Of a DNA stretch of 64,000 nucleotides, positions 16,898 to 25,177 are shown piece after piece. This DNA is from Myxococcales bacterium (GTDB lineage: Bacteria; Myxococcota; Myxococcia; Myxococcales; JAKAPL01), in the NCBI GenBank assembly GCA_021783235.1, contig JAJXUD010000002.1:90693-154692 (forward strand). The letters are read 5' to 3'. The notes under the pieces were generated by a model, which did not search any database, was not told the origin of the DNA, and was given only the letters and a program-made list of their open reading frames with translations. Numbering within the stretch: position 1 is the first letter of the stretch; the number at the start of each line of letters is the position of its first letter. The translations under genes were made by a program, and so were the position numbers.

Positions 16898-18634
16898 TCA
16901 CCTCAGCTCGTACACGTGCCGGCTGACGCCGCTGAAGGCGTCGGTGAAGCCGCCGCCCGAGACGGTCAGGGAGCGGTTCTCGAAGAGCACGCTCACCTGC
17001 GCGCCGTCGGCGAGGCCGGTGCCGCCGAACCGGCCGGTGACCGTGGCCGACGTGGGGTTCACCGCGAACAGCCAGGTGTGGCCGGAGGCCGACCGGGCGG
17101 CGAAGGCGATGCCCGCGGGCGCGGTGAGGCCGGCGCTCGCGTCGGTCCCGAAGATGGCGGGCCGGAGGCTCGACAGCTCGGCGAAGGCCTGCCGGGCCGC
17201 GGCCATCCCGGCGGGATCGCCCTGGAAGGCGGGCCAGTCGAAGAAGACGATGCCGGTGGCTCCGGCGATGACGTCGAACCAGCTCTTGGGCACGACGTAC
17301 GCGGCGCCCGGGTCGTCCTGGGCGAGCCAGACGGGCTTCGCGCCCATCCCGGCGAAGGTCTTCATGGCGGTGGTCACGCCCCCGAAGTTCGTGCCGTAGG
17401 GCTCGGCCATGTAGAAGGCGACGCCGGGGGCGTAGGGGTCGTCGAAGCCGGTCTGGTCCCAGTCGGCGTGCTGGAAGTCGGCGGTGGCCGGCACGCCGAG
17501 GGCCGGCGCGAGCGCCTGGCCCTCGGCGACGAAGCTGCTCGGCGGGACGTCGTAGAAGGCCACCGCGTTCTGGTCGGGCTCGTCGCAGAGGTACCAGCCG
17601 ATCTCGGCCAGGTGGGGCGCGAACCGCGCGGCCACCGCGGGGAAGACGGCGGGGGTCTGCAGCCGGGCGGTGAACGTGGAGTCGGGGAGCACGTTGAGCC
17701 CGAGCTCGTAGGCCCGATCGAGGAAGCTCCCCTGCGCGGTGGCGAAGCAGTCGCCCGCCGAGCCCATGTCGATCACGGTGTTCGCCCCGGCGTCGGCGGC
17801 GTCGGGGAGCGCGCCGTAGGGCACCGAGTAGAAGCCGAGCGCGAGGTACGGCTGGCCGTCGACGACCAGGTGGTCGCCCTCGATCCCGGCCTCGCGCATC
17901 CCCGCGTGCCGAACGGTCTGGGCCGGGACCGTGCCGTCGGCGTCGGTGAGCGTCGCGTCGTCGACGAAGAGCGAGGCGGTGTCGTTGGAGTAGACGTAGA
18001 ACGTGAAGCTCGTCGCGTTCGCGGCGGTGGTGAAGCTCAGGCTGGTCTCTCGCCAGCTCCCGTCGCAGCTGACCTTCTTCGTGACGTCGCCGGCGGCGGT
18101 GCCGGGCACGTAGACGAAGCCGCCGCCGCCCGCGGCGGCGCACTGGGTGTACACGCCGAGGCTGTACGCCTGCCCGCCCGCGGTGGGGATGGGCTCGGTG
18201 AAGATGGCCGCCTTGCCGCCGTTCGAGCCGCCGTTGCCGCAGTCGGAGCCGTTGCAGCGGATCTCGAGCGACCGGCTCCCCGAGTGCGCGTTGCTCGAGA
18301 GGTAGAAGTCGTAGTCGCCCTTGTAGCTCTTGCCGGTGGTGCTCCAGACCCAGTCGGCGTAGCACTCGAGGCCGAGCTCGAAGCCGCCGTTGGCGAGGAT
18401 GTTCGTCGGGTGGGTGACGACGGGGCCGCCGCTCGAGCTCCCCGATCCGCCCGCGCTCGAGCCGCCCGTGGCGCCGCCGTCGGCGGGCCCGCCCGATCCG
18501 CCGCCCGCGCTCCCCGACGAGCTCCCGGTCCCGCCGCCGCCCGCCGAGCCGGTCGAGCCCGACGCTCCCTGACCTTTGGCGCCCGGGACGCACGAGGCGC
18601 CGGCGCAGAGGAGCAGCGCGAGCAGGGAGCGCAT
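16898..18634 (-). CDS. lipoprotein with CBM4/9-like module and putative glycoside-hydrolase-like barrel
   Basis: The ATG at 18634 gives MRSLLALLLCAGASC (lipobox). This is followed by a Gly/Ser linker, the NGGFELGLE carbohydrate-binding-module motif, and a large domain (DGQPYLALGFY..., WYLCDEPD). Catalytic assignment is uncertain. Confidence 0.65.
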   Translation of the reverse strand: MRSLLALLLCAGASCVPGAKGQGASGSTGSAGGGGTGSSSGSAGGGSGGPADGGATGGSSAGGSGSSSGGPVVTHPTNILANGGFELGLECYADWVWSTTGKSYKGDYDFYLSSNAHSGSRSLEIRCNGSDCGNGGSNGGKAAIFTEPIPTAGGQAYSLGVYTQCAAAGGGGFVYVPGTAAGDVTKKVSCDGSWRETSLSFTTAANATSFTFYVYSNDTASLFVDDATLTDADGTVPAQTVRHAGMREAGIEGDHLVVDGQPYLALGFYSVPYGALPDAADAGANTVIDMGSAGDCFATAQGSFLDRAYELGLNVLPDSTFTARLQTPAVFPAVAARFAPHLAEIGWYLCDEPDQNAVAFYDVPPSSFVAEGQALAPALGVPATADFQHADWDQTGFDDPYAPGVAFYMAEPYGTNFGGVTTAMKTFAGMGAKPVWLAQDDPGAAYVVPKSWFDVIAGATGIVFFDWPAFQGDPAGMAAARQAFAELSSLRPAIFGTDASAGLTAPAGIAFAARSASGHTWLFAVNPTSATVTGRFGGTGLADGAQVSVLFENRSLTVSGGGFTDAFSGVSRHVYELR

Positions 18635-18861
18635 GGCCGAGGACAGGATACCTCTTTCGCGGGGCGCGGCGGCGCCGCCAGCGGGACATCGCCCGGACAT
18701 CGGGCGCACGCTGGAGGCGCCCGGATGGACACGAGAGCCCTCAAAGCGAACGAGGAGCTTGCGCGACCGCGGACATTTGCCGGCCCTGCGTGGACATTGG
18801 GGCCCCCTGCGTTGGGGTCGGCCGCGTCCGCGCAGGGTTCGGCTGCGTCCGCGCAACGGCC

Positions 18862-20247
18862 CTACGGCACCGTCACCGAGCGCGCGAGCGCCCGCTGCCG
18901 GTCGTGGTAGCCCTCGTTGGCCTTCTCCACGGCGGCCCGCAGCCTCTCGAAGCGCGGCGCGAGCGCCGGGGGGACCGGGGTGGACTGCAAGGTGGGCGCC
19001 GCGAGCGGGCGAAGCTCCGACTCGGCGGTCCCCTCGACCAGCATGCGTTCGAGGAGGGGAAAACCGCGCGCGTCGCCGAGCTGCAAGAGGTAGATCGCGG
19101 CCAGCAGGCGCTTCGTGAGGTCCTCGTGCCTGTCCTCCATGAACGCCGCGAGCCCGCGGCGGTCCTTCGCCGCCAGCCGGTCGTCGAGAGACGCCGTGGT
19201 CGCCCGTTCCGCCTGCACGCAGCTGTCGGAGAGGAAGCGCGGGCCGCCCCCGGCGCAGAGCTCGGCGGCTGGTCTCGTGCCGTCGCCGGCCATCTCGTGC
19301 CAGAAGGCGTGCTCGATCGGGGGCAAGCCCTTGCGCTTCGCCTCGCCGGGGGCGAGCGCCTCGAGCTCCGCGAGCGTCTGGCCCCCGATGGCCTCCGCGA
19401 TCTCGTCGAGATCGTCCAGCTCCGAGGCGGAAGCGCCGCGCGTCGCGTCGCGGAGCACTTCGGCCTTGGTGAGGCCGGCGCGCTTCGCGTTGGCGGCGAG
19501 GGCCGTCGCGCCCTCACGGCGGCCGAAGTCGGGGCGGGCGCCCCACCATTCGCCGCGGGAGGGGAAGCGGGAAGCGGCGGCCTCGACGAAGGCGCGGTAG
19601 GCGGCGCCGCCCGAAGGGCCTTGCGCGAGCCTCGCGTACTCCTCGGCCCGCGGGGTCCCGGGGACGGTGTCGGGGCCGGCGGCCTCGAGCTCCTTCGCGC
19701 AGCGCGACCTCGCGTACGGCGGGCAGCTGGTGCCGTTGGCGCCGTGCGTACAGCCGTCGTCCGCGAGCGCCGCCGCCTGGGCCGCGAGCGCCCGCTGCAC
19801 GTTCGGGCGCGGGGCCGCCCCCATCGCCTGGAGCGCCTCGCCGGCAAAGAAGAGGCAGGGCTCGCGTGCTCCCAGGGCGGCGATCGCGTCCTCCGCGTCG
19901 GTGCCGCCCGCCGCGCAGAGCAGTTCGACGGCCCGCTGCGCCACGCGAACGCTGTCTGTGGCGAGATAGGAGGCGATCTCGGCGACGTGGTCCGCGAGTC
20001 CCGGCACCGGCTTGCGCCGCGAGAACTCGTGCCGGTGCCCGCCGAAGGCCTCGGGGTCGTGGACGATGCGCTCCTCGCGCAGGCACCGACCCACGTCGCC
20101 GAAGCGCGCCAACTGGGCGAGCTGGGCGGCGGGATCGGACGGGATTAGGACCGCCGGGGCGATCTGGGCGGCCGTCCCCCGGCACGCGGCGAGCGCGAGC
20201 GCCAGCGCGACACTCAGCGGGCTTCGCGTCCTCACGCGCGGGAGCAT
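18862..20247 (-). CDS. lipoprotein, hypothetical
   Basis: The signal ends in LALAAC. The 461-aa protein has ordinary composition. No family recognised. Confidence 0.6.
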   Translation of the reverse strand: MLPRVRTRSPLSVALALALAACRGTAAQIAPAVLIPSDPAAQLAQLARFGDVGRCLREERIVHDPEAFGGHRHEFSRRKPVPGLADHVAEIASYLATDSVRVAQRAVELLCAAGGTDAEDAIAALGAREPCLFFAGEALQAMGAAPRPNVQRALAAQAAALADDGCTHGANGTSCPPYARSRCAKELEAAGPDTVPGTPRAEEYARLAQGPSGGAAYRAFVEAAASRFPSRGEWWGARPDFGRREGATALAANAKRAGLTKAEVLRDATRGASASELDDLDEIAEAIGGQTLAELEALAPGEAKRKGLPPIEHAFWHEMAGDGTRPAAELCAGGGPRFLSDSCVQAERATTASLDDRLAAKDRRGLAAFMEDRHEDLTKRLLAAIYLLQLGDARGFPLLERMLVEGTAESELRPLAAPTLQSTPVPPALAPRFERLRAAVEKANEGYHDRQRALARSVTVP

Positions 20248-20570
20248 AGCAGGCCTCGCTTTGGCCGTCCGGTAACGTCCGCTCGGGCGAACGGCCTCTT
20301 GCGAGGTACTCAGCGCCCGTCGCGGGCGCGGCGCTGGGAGGCGAGACGGCGAAGGGAACGATCGCCGAACTGGATCTCGATCGAGTCCTCATCGGCGCGA
20401 TCGAGGGCTTCCGGCCAGGTGTGCCCGCGGCCGATGACGTCGAGACGCTGGCGCCCCAGGACGCCCAGCAGGCACCGCTGCGCGCCGACCGCGCGGTCCC
20501 GCACCGAGAGTCAGATGCGCCCCCCTTCGGGGAGCCACGAGCGCCGGGTGCGCCTTACATTCTGCCGGGC

Positions 20571-21422
20571 GTGCACCTACCCCCCCTACTGCTCAACGCG
20601 GTGCTGCTCGCCGGCGGCGTCCTGGCCGGGACGCTCGGCGCGCTCGTGGGCGTGGGGGGCGGGGTGATCGTCGTCCCGCTCGTGACCCTGCTCGGTTTCG
20701 ACGTGCGCTTCGCGTTCGGGGCGAGCGCGGTGTCGGTGATCGCCACCTCGTCGGGGGCGGCGGCGGCCTACGTGCGCGATCGGGTGACGAACCTGCGGGC
20801 GGCGATCTTCCTCGAGATGTTCACGACCACGGGGGCCCTGGTGGGGGCGCTCTTGCAGCCCTTGCTCTCGGGGGCCATCCTGAGCTTCGCCTTCGCGGGG
20901 GTGCTCGGGGCCTCGGCGCTCGGCTTGCTCGTCCGCCCCGAGGCGACGGAGCGCCGGGAGGGCCGGCCCAGCCCGGGCGCGCAGGCGCTGCGGCTCTCCG
21001 CGGAGTTCGAGGACCCGGCGCTCGGGCGGAAGGTCCGCTACGACGTGCACCAGCTGGCCCTGGGGAGCTTCCTCATGTTCATCGCGGGGAACGTCTCGGG
21101 CTTATTGGGCATCGGCAGCGGCGCGCTCAAGGTGCCGGCGATGGACCTCGCGATGGGGATGCCCATCAAGGCCTCGTCGGCCACGAGCGATTTCATGATC
21201 GGCGTCACCGCGGCGGTGACGGTGGGGATCTACCTGGCGCGCGGGGAGATCACGCCCGAGCTGACCGTCCCCATCGGCGTGGGGGTGCTCGCGGGGTCGT
21301 GGCTCGGCACGCGCCTCATCGGCCGGTTGCGCGGCCGCTGGGTGCGGCGCATCTTCATGGGAGTCCTTCTCGCCATCGCGGCGCAGATGGTCTGGCATGC
21401 CCTCCGGCGCACCTACGGCTGA
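20571..21422 (+). CDS. TSUP (TauE/SafE) family membrane permease
   Basis: LVGVGGGVIVVPLVTLL in the first half and LLGIGSGALKVPAMDLAMGMP in the second. Start placed at the GTG at 20571, just before the first TM helix. The ORF itself opens at 20421. Confidence 0.75.
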   Translation: MHLPPLLLNAVLLAGGVLAGTLGALVGVGGGVIVVPLVTLLGFDVRFAFGASAVSVIATSSGAAAAYVRDRVTNLRAAIFLEMFTTTGALVGALLQPLLSGAILSFAFAGVLGASALGLLVRPEATERREGRPSPGAQALRLSAEFEDPALGRKVRYDVHQLALGSFLMFIAGNVSGLLGIGSGALKVPAMDLAMGMPIKASSATSDFMIGVTAAVTVGIYLARGEITPELTVPIGVGVLAGSWLGTRLIGRLRGRWVRRIFMGVLLAIAAQMVWHALRRTYG

Positions 21423-21705
21423 AGCCCGTCTCGCCTCGGCGATAGGTCACGTCCTGCGCTGGGGGACGATCGCGGCGGGGGTGCTGCTCCTCGCGGCGCT
21501 GGCGACGGCGCTCGTGAGCCACCGCTATCCCCTGGTCCTCACCTGGGCGGGGCTCGGGGCGCTGATGCTCTTGCCGCCCCTGCGCATCGTGCTCGCGGCG
21601 GTGGTCTTCGGGCGCCAGCGCGACTGGAAGTTCGTCTGGTTCTCGCTCGTGGCGCTGGGGGTGCTGGTGGCCTCGAACGTCGCGGGGTGGATCTGGGGCA
21701 AGTAA
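21397..21705 (+). CDS. DUF1634 membrane protein
   Basis: About 100 aa with HVLRWGTIAAGVLLL and LLPPLRIVLAAVVFGRQRDWKFVWFSLVAL, the pattern and TSUP adjacency typical of DUF1634. Confidence 0.7.
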   Translation: MPSGAPTAEARLASAIGHVLRWGTIAAGVLLLAALATALVSHRYPLVLTWAGLGALMLLPPLRIVLAAVVFGRQRDWKFVWFSLVALGVLVASNVAGWIWGK

Positions 21706-21798
21706 GTCAAAGTTCGGCTCGAAGCTCGAGCTGGAAGGTTATCAGGGGTGCGGCCGCTCCGCGCTCTTGCGGTGACGAGCCGCGGGATCGGGAGACCT

Positions 21799-23181
21799 TC
21801 AGTCGTGGGCGGCGGGATCCTCGACCCGGCCGAGGAAGAGGATCTCTCCGGTGGGCAGATCGCGCAGGACGAAGAGGAACGGGTGGTCGGCCGTGAACTC
21901 GATCGGTCCGGCGCTGAAGTCGCTGAGGCTTCTGGTTCCCATGTGGACCACGGTGGCGGCGCTGGCCGTCGTCCCCTCCTCGTCGACCTCGATCCGCGCG
22001 GCGTGAACGACGCTCTCGAGGAAGAGATCGTCCTCGCCATCCATGGCCGAGAAGTTCGCGGCGTGGCTGTCGAAGGCCAAGGTGATCCCGAGCGCGCGCA
22101 AGGGCGCCGTGAGCTCGCGGTGCAGCGCGAAGGCGAAGCGCGGAATCGAGACCTCGGCCTCGGTCCCGCGGAGCATGTCGAAGACGATCGCGAGCCGCTC
22201 CCTGGAGAGCGAGGACTCGACCGCTCGAAGGCCGTCCCGCGCATCGGGGAGCACGAGATCGAGGGCGAGGGTCCCGCCCAGGTAGGGCAGCTCCAGCACG
22301 GCGAAGCCCTCGACGTGGGCGTACGGGTAGGAGGCCGTCGCGTGCATCGTGGGGACCCGCTTTGGGGAAAGGCCAGGGTAGAAGAAGGCGTCTCCGGTCC
22401 GCGAGCGATCGAAGGCGCGGGCCCAGCGTCCGTGGAAGTAGAGCGCGGTCGCGAGGACAGCTCGGGTCGACGATTCGAGCGCCCCCGGGGCGAGAATCTC
22501 CGGGATCTGCCCGTTCGTGTGGCCGCTCACCCAACTGTTGATGGCGCCCTCGGCGTGGGCTTGAAAATCGACCTCCTGGAGCGGTGCGCCGTAGTCCCGC
22601 GAGAGGAGCCCGGTAAACGGCGCCTGGAAGGCGACGCCTCGCTGGCCGAAGAGGGCGTTCGCGGCGAAAAGTTGGTTGTCGCCCTTCGCCCCGTCCCTCC
22701 GGAGTTGGCTGTCGAGCGCGGCAAAGGCCGTGGCGGTCACCGGTGCGCTTCCCTGGAGGAACAGGGCCTTGGCGAACTCGTGCGCGGTCGCGCCCACGGC
22801 GCCGGCAGAGGCGAGTTCGAGCCCTGCGGAGAGGCTGAAGGGCGAGAAGACGAGGTTCCCCGTCCGTGCGCGGGCGAGCTCGCCATAAACGGCCACGGCG
22901 AAGGCGCTGTTCGCCTGGACGAGTGTCAGGGGTGCGCCACCGACCGAAAGGGTGTCGTGCGCCGGTACACCGTTGGCCTTCTGGCAGGCACCGGCGAGGA
23001 GGGCGCTGGAGATCAGGAGCAGGTGGCGCAAGGGTCTCGAAGGGCAGCGGGTCCCGCGGCGTTCGAACCTACCCCACTCCAGCTCACCGCGGAGTGGTCC
23101 AGGTGGCGTGACGAGCGACGGAACACCCGCCCATCGTTTGAAAGGGGAGCAAGCCCCCCGCGAGGTTTCGCCGGACTTCAT
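21799..23181 (-). CDS. serpin family protein, probably lipid-anchored or secreted
   Basis: VFSPFSLSAGLELASAGA, a hinge EEGTTASAATVV, and the C-terminal FTADHPFLFVLRD. A hydrophobic segment ends LLAGAC. The exact start is uncertain. Confidence 0.85.
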   Translation of the reverse strand: MKSGETSRGACSPFKRWAGVPSLVTPPGPLRGELEWGRFERRGTRCPSRPLRHLLLISSALLAGACQKANGVPAHDTLSVGGAPLTLVQANSAFAVAVYGELARARTGNLVFSPFSLSAGLELASAGAVGATAHEFAKALFLQGSAPVTATAFAALDSQLRRDGAKGDNQLFAANALFGQRGVAFQAPFTGLLSRDYGAPLQEVDFQAHAEGAINSWVSGHTNGQIPEILAPGALESSTRAVLATALYFHGRWARAFDRSRTGDAFFYPGLSPKRVPTMHATASYPYAHVEGFAVLELPYLGGTLALDLVLPDARDGLRAVESSLSRERLAIVFDMLRGTEAEVSIPRFAFALHRELTAPLRALGITLAFDSHAANFSAMDGEDDLFLESVVHAARIEVDEEGTTASAATVVHMGTRSLSDFSAGPIEFTADHPFLFVLRDLPTGEILFLGRVEDPAAHD

Positions 23182-23412
23182 CGCAGATTTAGGGGTTCGA
23201 CCCGGAGGCGGCGTGGCCCTGTCGTTGCTGCGAAGAGTCGTAGAGGCCCGGCGGTAGGGCGAGCTGGGCCAGAAGCAAGGGTAACCAGATGGGCATCAAG
23301 GCTGCATCCTACCTAGCGAGACCAGGATGGGGCGAGGGAGGGAGGGAACCTTCAGGGTGGTGGCAGGTCGTCCGGCCTCGGCGGGGTCGAGGACGAGGGC
23401 GACGGGCTGCAT

Positions 23413-23958
23413 TCACTCGAACGGAAACAGGCTGAACCCGGCCGCTCCGGCGGGGTTGTACTCGCCCCGGCCGAGGACGAACAGCCCATCCCGCAGCGCC
23501 AGCCGCAGATTCTTCTCCACGGGACGGAAGGGCCGCACGTCGAGGCTCTCGACGAGGTCGACGAGCCCTGGAAGCCGGTAGACCTCGCCGTCAGCGCTGC
23601 GGGCCTTCTGGTGCGCGAGCCCCTCAGACACCCTCGTCCAGCCCCGGTTGGCGAGGGAGTGCCTCGTCCCGTCCTTCTCCGTGAACAGCAGCCGATCGCG
23701 CGACAGCTCGAGCGTGGCGCGCGCTCCGGCGGCGGGGATCAGGGCGAGCGCCCGGTAGCCCACGTAGAAGGAGAGCGCGACCGAGGCGAGGGTGCCGGCG
23801 CTCTGGACCCAGGACACGGCCGGCAGGCGAAGGCTCGCGCCGATGGCGAACACGAGCGTGGTGAAGAACGCGACCGTGGCGAGGGGAACGCGCACGACCG
23901 TCCAGCGGTCGACCAGCCCCTGCTCGACGAGGTAGTAGACCTTCCCCGAGGATTCCAT
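23413..23958 (-). CDS. membrane protein, hypothetical
   Basis: Two TM helices (VPLATVAFFTTLVFAIGASL, LASVALSFYVGYRALALIPAAG) followed by a soluble tail. A TAG lies immediately upstream in frame. Confidence 0.6.
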   Translation of the reverse strand: MESSGKVYYLVEQGLVDRWTVVRVPLATVAFFTTLVFAIGASLRLPAVSWVQSAGTLASVALSFYVGYRALALIPAAGARATLELSRDRLLFTEKDGTRHSLANRGWTRVSEGLAHQKARSADGEVYRLPGLVDLVESLDVRPFRPVEKNLRLALRDGLFVLGRGEYNPAGAAGFSLFPFE

Positions 23959-24145
23959 GGGCTCGATCTATGCGGCGCAGCGGGGTGCGGGCAACCATCA
24001 TGGCCGACCGCGACAGCTCGTCGAGGTCCCGCTTCACCGTGAGCTTGCTCACCTCGAGCCGCTCCGCCGCGTCCTTCAGCCGCACGCCGTCCGGGGAGTC
24101 GCGCAGCATGCGCAGGAGCTGGAGCTTTCGGGGGAGGGTGCTCAT
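23624..24145 (-). CDS. HTH (DeoR/HTH_11-like) protein; only the first ~62 codons look genuine
   Basis: MSTLPRKLQLLRMLRDSPDGVRLKDAAERLEVSKLTVKRDLDELS is a clear HTH. Beyond ~23960 the frame becomes Arg-rich shadow and overlaps 23413..23958 in another frame. A frameshift or fusion is possible. Confidence 0.45.
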   Translation of the reverse strand: MSTLPRKLQLLRMLRDSPDGVRLKDAAERLEVSKLTVKRDLDELSRSAMMVARTPLRRIDRAHGILGEGLLPRRAGAGRPLDGRARSPRHGRVLHHARVRHRREPSPAGRVLGPERRHPRLGRALLLRGLPGARPDPRRRSARHARAVARSAAVHGEGRDEALPRQPGLDEGV

Positions 24146-24217
24146 GGGGCGGCGAGTCTACCTCGCGCCGAACGGTCGCGAAGCGTCCCCGCGGGCGATC
24201 GGGTACGCTCGTCGTCG

Positions 24218-24820
24218 ATGCCGAACCCGACGATCTCCAAGGCGCTCGAGGGCTGGCGTACCTCTTCCCGGAGCAAGCTCGACGAGCTGTTGAAAGCCCA
24301 CCACGAGGTCGGAGGAGGTGGGCGGGGACGACGGTACGCCACGGAGCAGATCAACCACGCCTACCTCGTCGCGGTGAGCGCGTAGTTCCAGAAGTTCTGT
24401 CGGGACCTCCACTCCGAGGCAGCCGCGTTCCTCGTCGGCGATACCCGGCCCGAGAGCTTCCGCCCCGCGCTCCTGAAGCTCCTCACCGACAATCGAAAGC
24501 TCGACAGGGGGAACCCGAACCCGGGGAACATCGGGGCCGACTTCGGGCGCTTCGGGCTGGACTTCTGGGCCGCAGTGAGGGCGGCTGGATCGGCGGAACG
24601 AGCGCCGCCAGGATGGGCTCGAGCAGCTCAACGTCTGGCGGAACGCCATCGCCCACCAGGATTTCACGTTGAAGGACTCGGATGCGAAGAAGGTCGAGGG
24701 CACCATCCACAACTGGCTGACGTCCGAACGTGGCGAGGGTTCTGCGAGTCGCTGTCCGAGGCGTTCGACGCGGTCACGGCGGCACACCTGCGCCAGGTTG
24801 TCGGAAGGGATCCCTGGTAG
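24218..24820 (+). pseudogene. decayed HEPN-like (Rx4H) gene: one in-frame TAG and two frameshifts
   Basis: Frame A reads MPNPTISKALEGW...HAYLVAVSA, then TAG (24383-24385), then FQKFCRDLHSEAAAFLVG...FGLDFWAAV. Frame B carries LEQLNVWRNAIAHQDFTLKDSDAKKVEGTIHNWL (RNAIAH at 24639-24656). Frame A resumes with VRTWRGFCESLSEAFDAVTAAHLRQVVGRDPW and stops at 24820. Confidence 0.6.
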
Positions 24821-24832
24821 TACGATCTCGTC

Positions 24833-25054
24833 ATGGCTCAGCGCGCCAAGTCCAAGGTCATGCACCCGAAGGTCGGGGACCGCGTGGGCATCGAGATGGC
24901 TGGCCGCCTTCGTGGCGCCACCGTCATCGAAGACCGTGGCAAGCTGGGCGTCGGCGGCGCTCGCATCGTGCGCCTCGACGTGGATACGTCCTCCTCGGCC
25001 GAACCCTACCGCGTCGAGGTCCCCGAAGACTGGCTGAAGCCGGCGCCGAGCTGA
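24833..25054 (+). CDS. small hypothetical protein (SH3-like/DUF4926-like by composition)
   Basis: ATG 12 nt after the HEPN-like stop. 73 aa, VGDRVGIEMAGRLRGATVIEDRGKLGVGGARIVRLDV...YRVEVPEDWL. Not shadow-like. Confidence 0.55.
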   Translation: MAQRAKSKVMHPKVGDRVGIEMAGRLRGATVIEDRGKLGVGGARIVRLDVDTSSSAEPYRVEVPEDWLKPAPS

Positions 25055-25177
25055 TCGCCGCTCGGGCGCTCTCTGTTCTCGAGACCGTTCCAACTTCTGG
25101 AGCGCTGGCGAGCCATCGTGTCCCTGGCGGCGGCTGACCGGCTCGTCTAGGATCCAGCCGTCTTCCGGGGAGCGGCC

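Noticed and set aside
20310-20504. 64-aa minus-strand ORF (…LLGVLGRQRLDVIGRGHTWPEALDRADEDSIEIQFGDRSL…) upstream of the second TSUP gene, vaguely endonuclease-fragment-like.
   Set aside because: No motif that I can name. It is short and lies in the likely promoter or alternative 5' region of the TSUP gene.
23185-23205. tRNA-like GGTTCGA motif (aggggttcgacccgg). A similar motif occurs at 53399.
   Set aside because: The flanking bases do not form a T-stem, and no acceptor or anticodon arms can be drawn. The second instance is part of the 21-bp array.
23219-23260. Possible third, diverged copy of the 8.3/9.5-kb repeat (ttgctgcgaagagtcgtagaggcccggcgg).
   Set aside because: Only the first 8 nt and scattered positions match. 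No equivalent stem is present.
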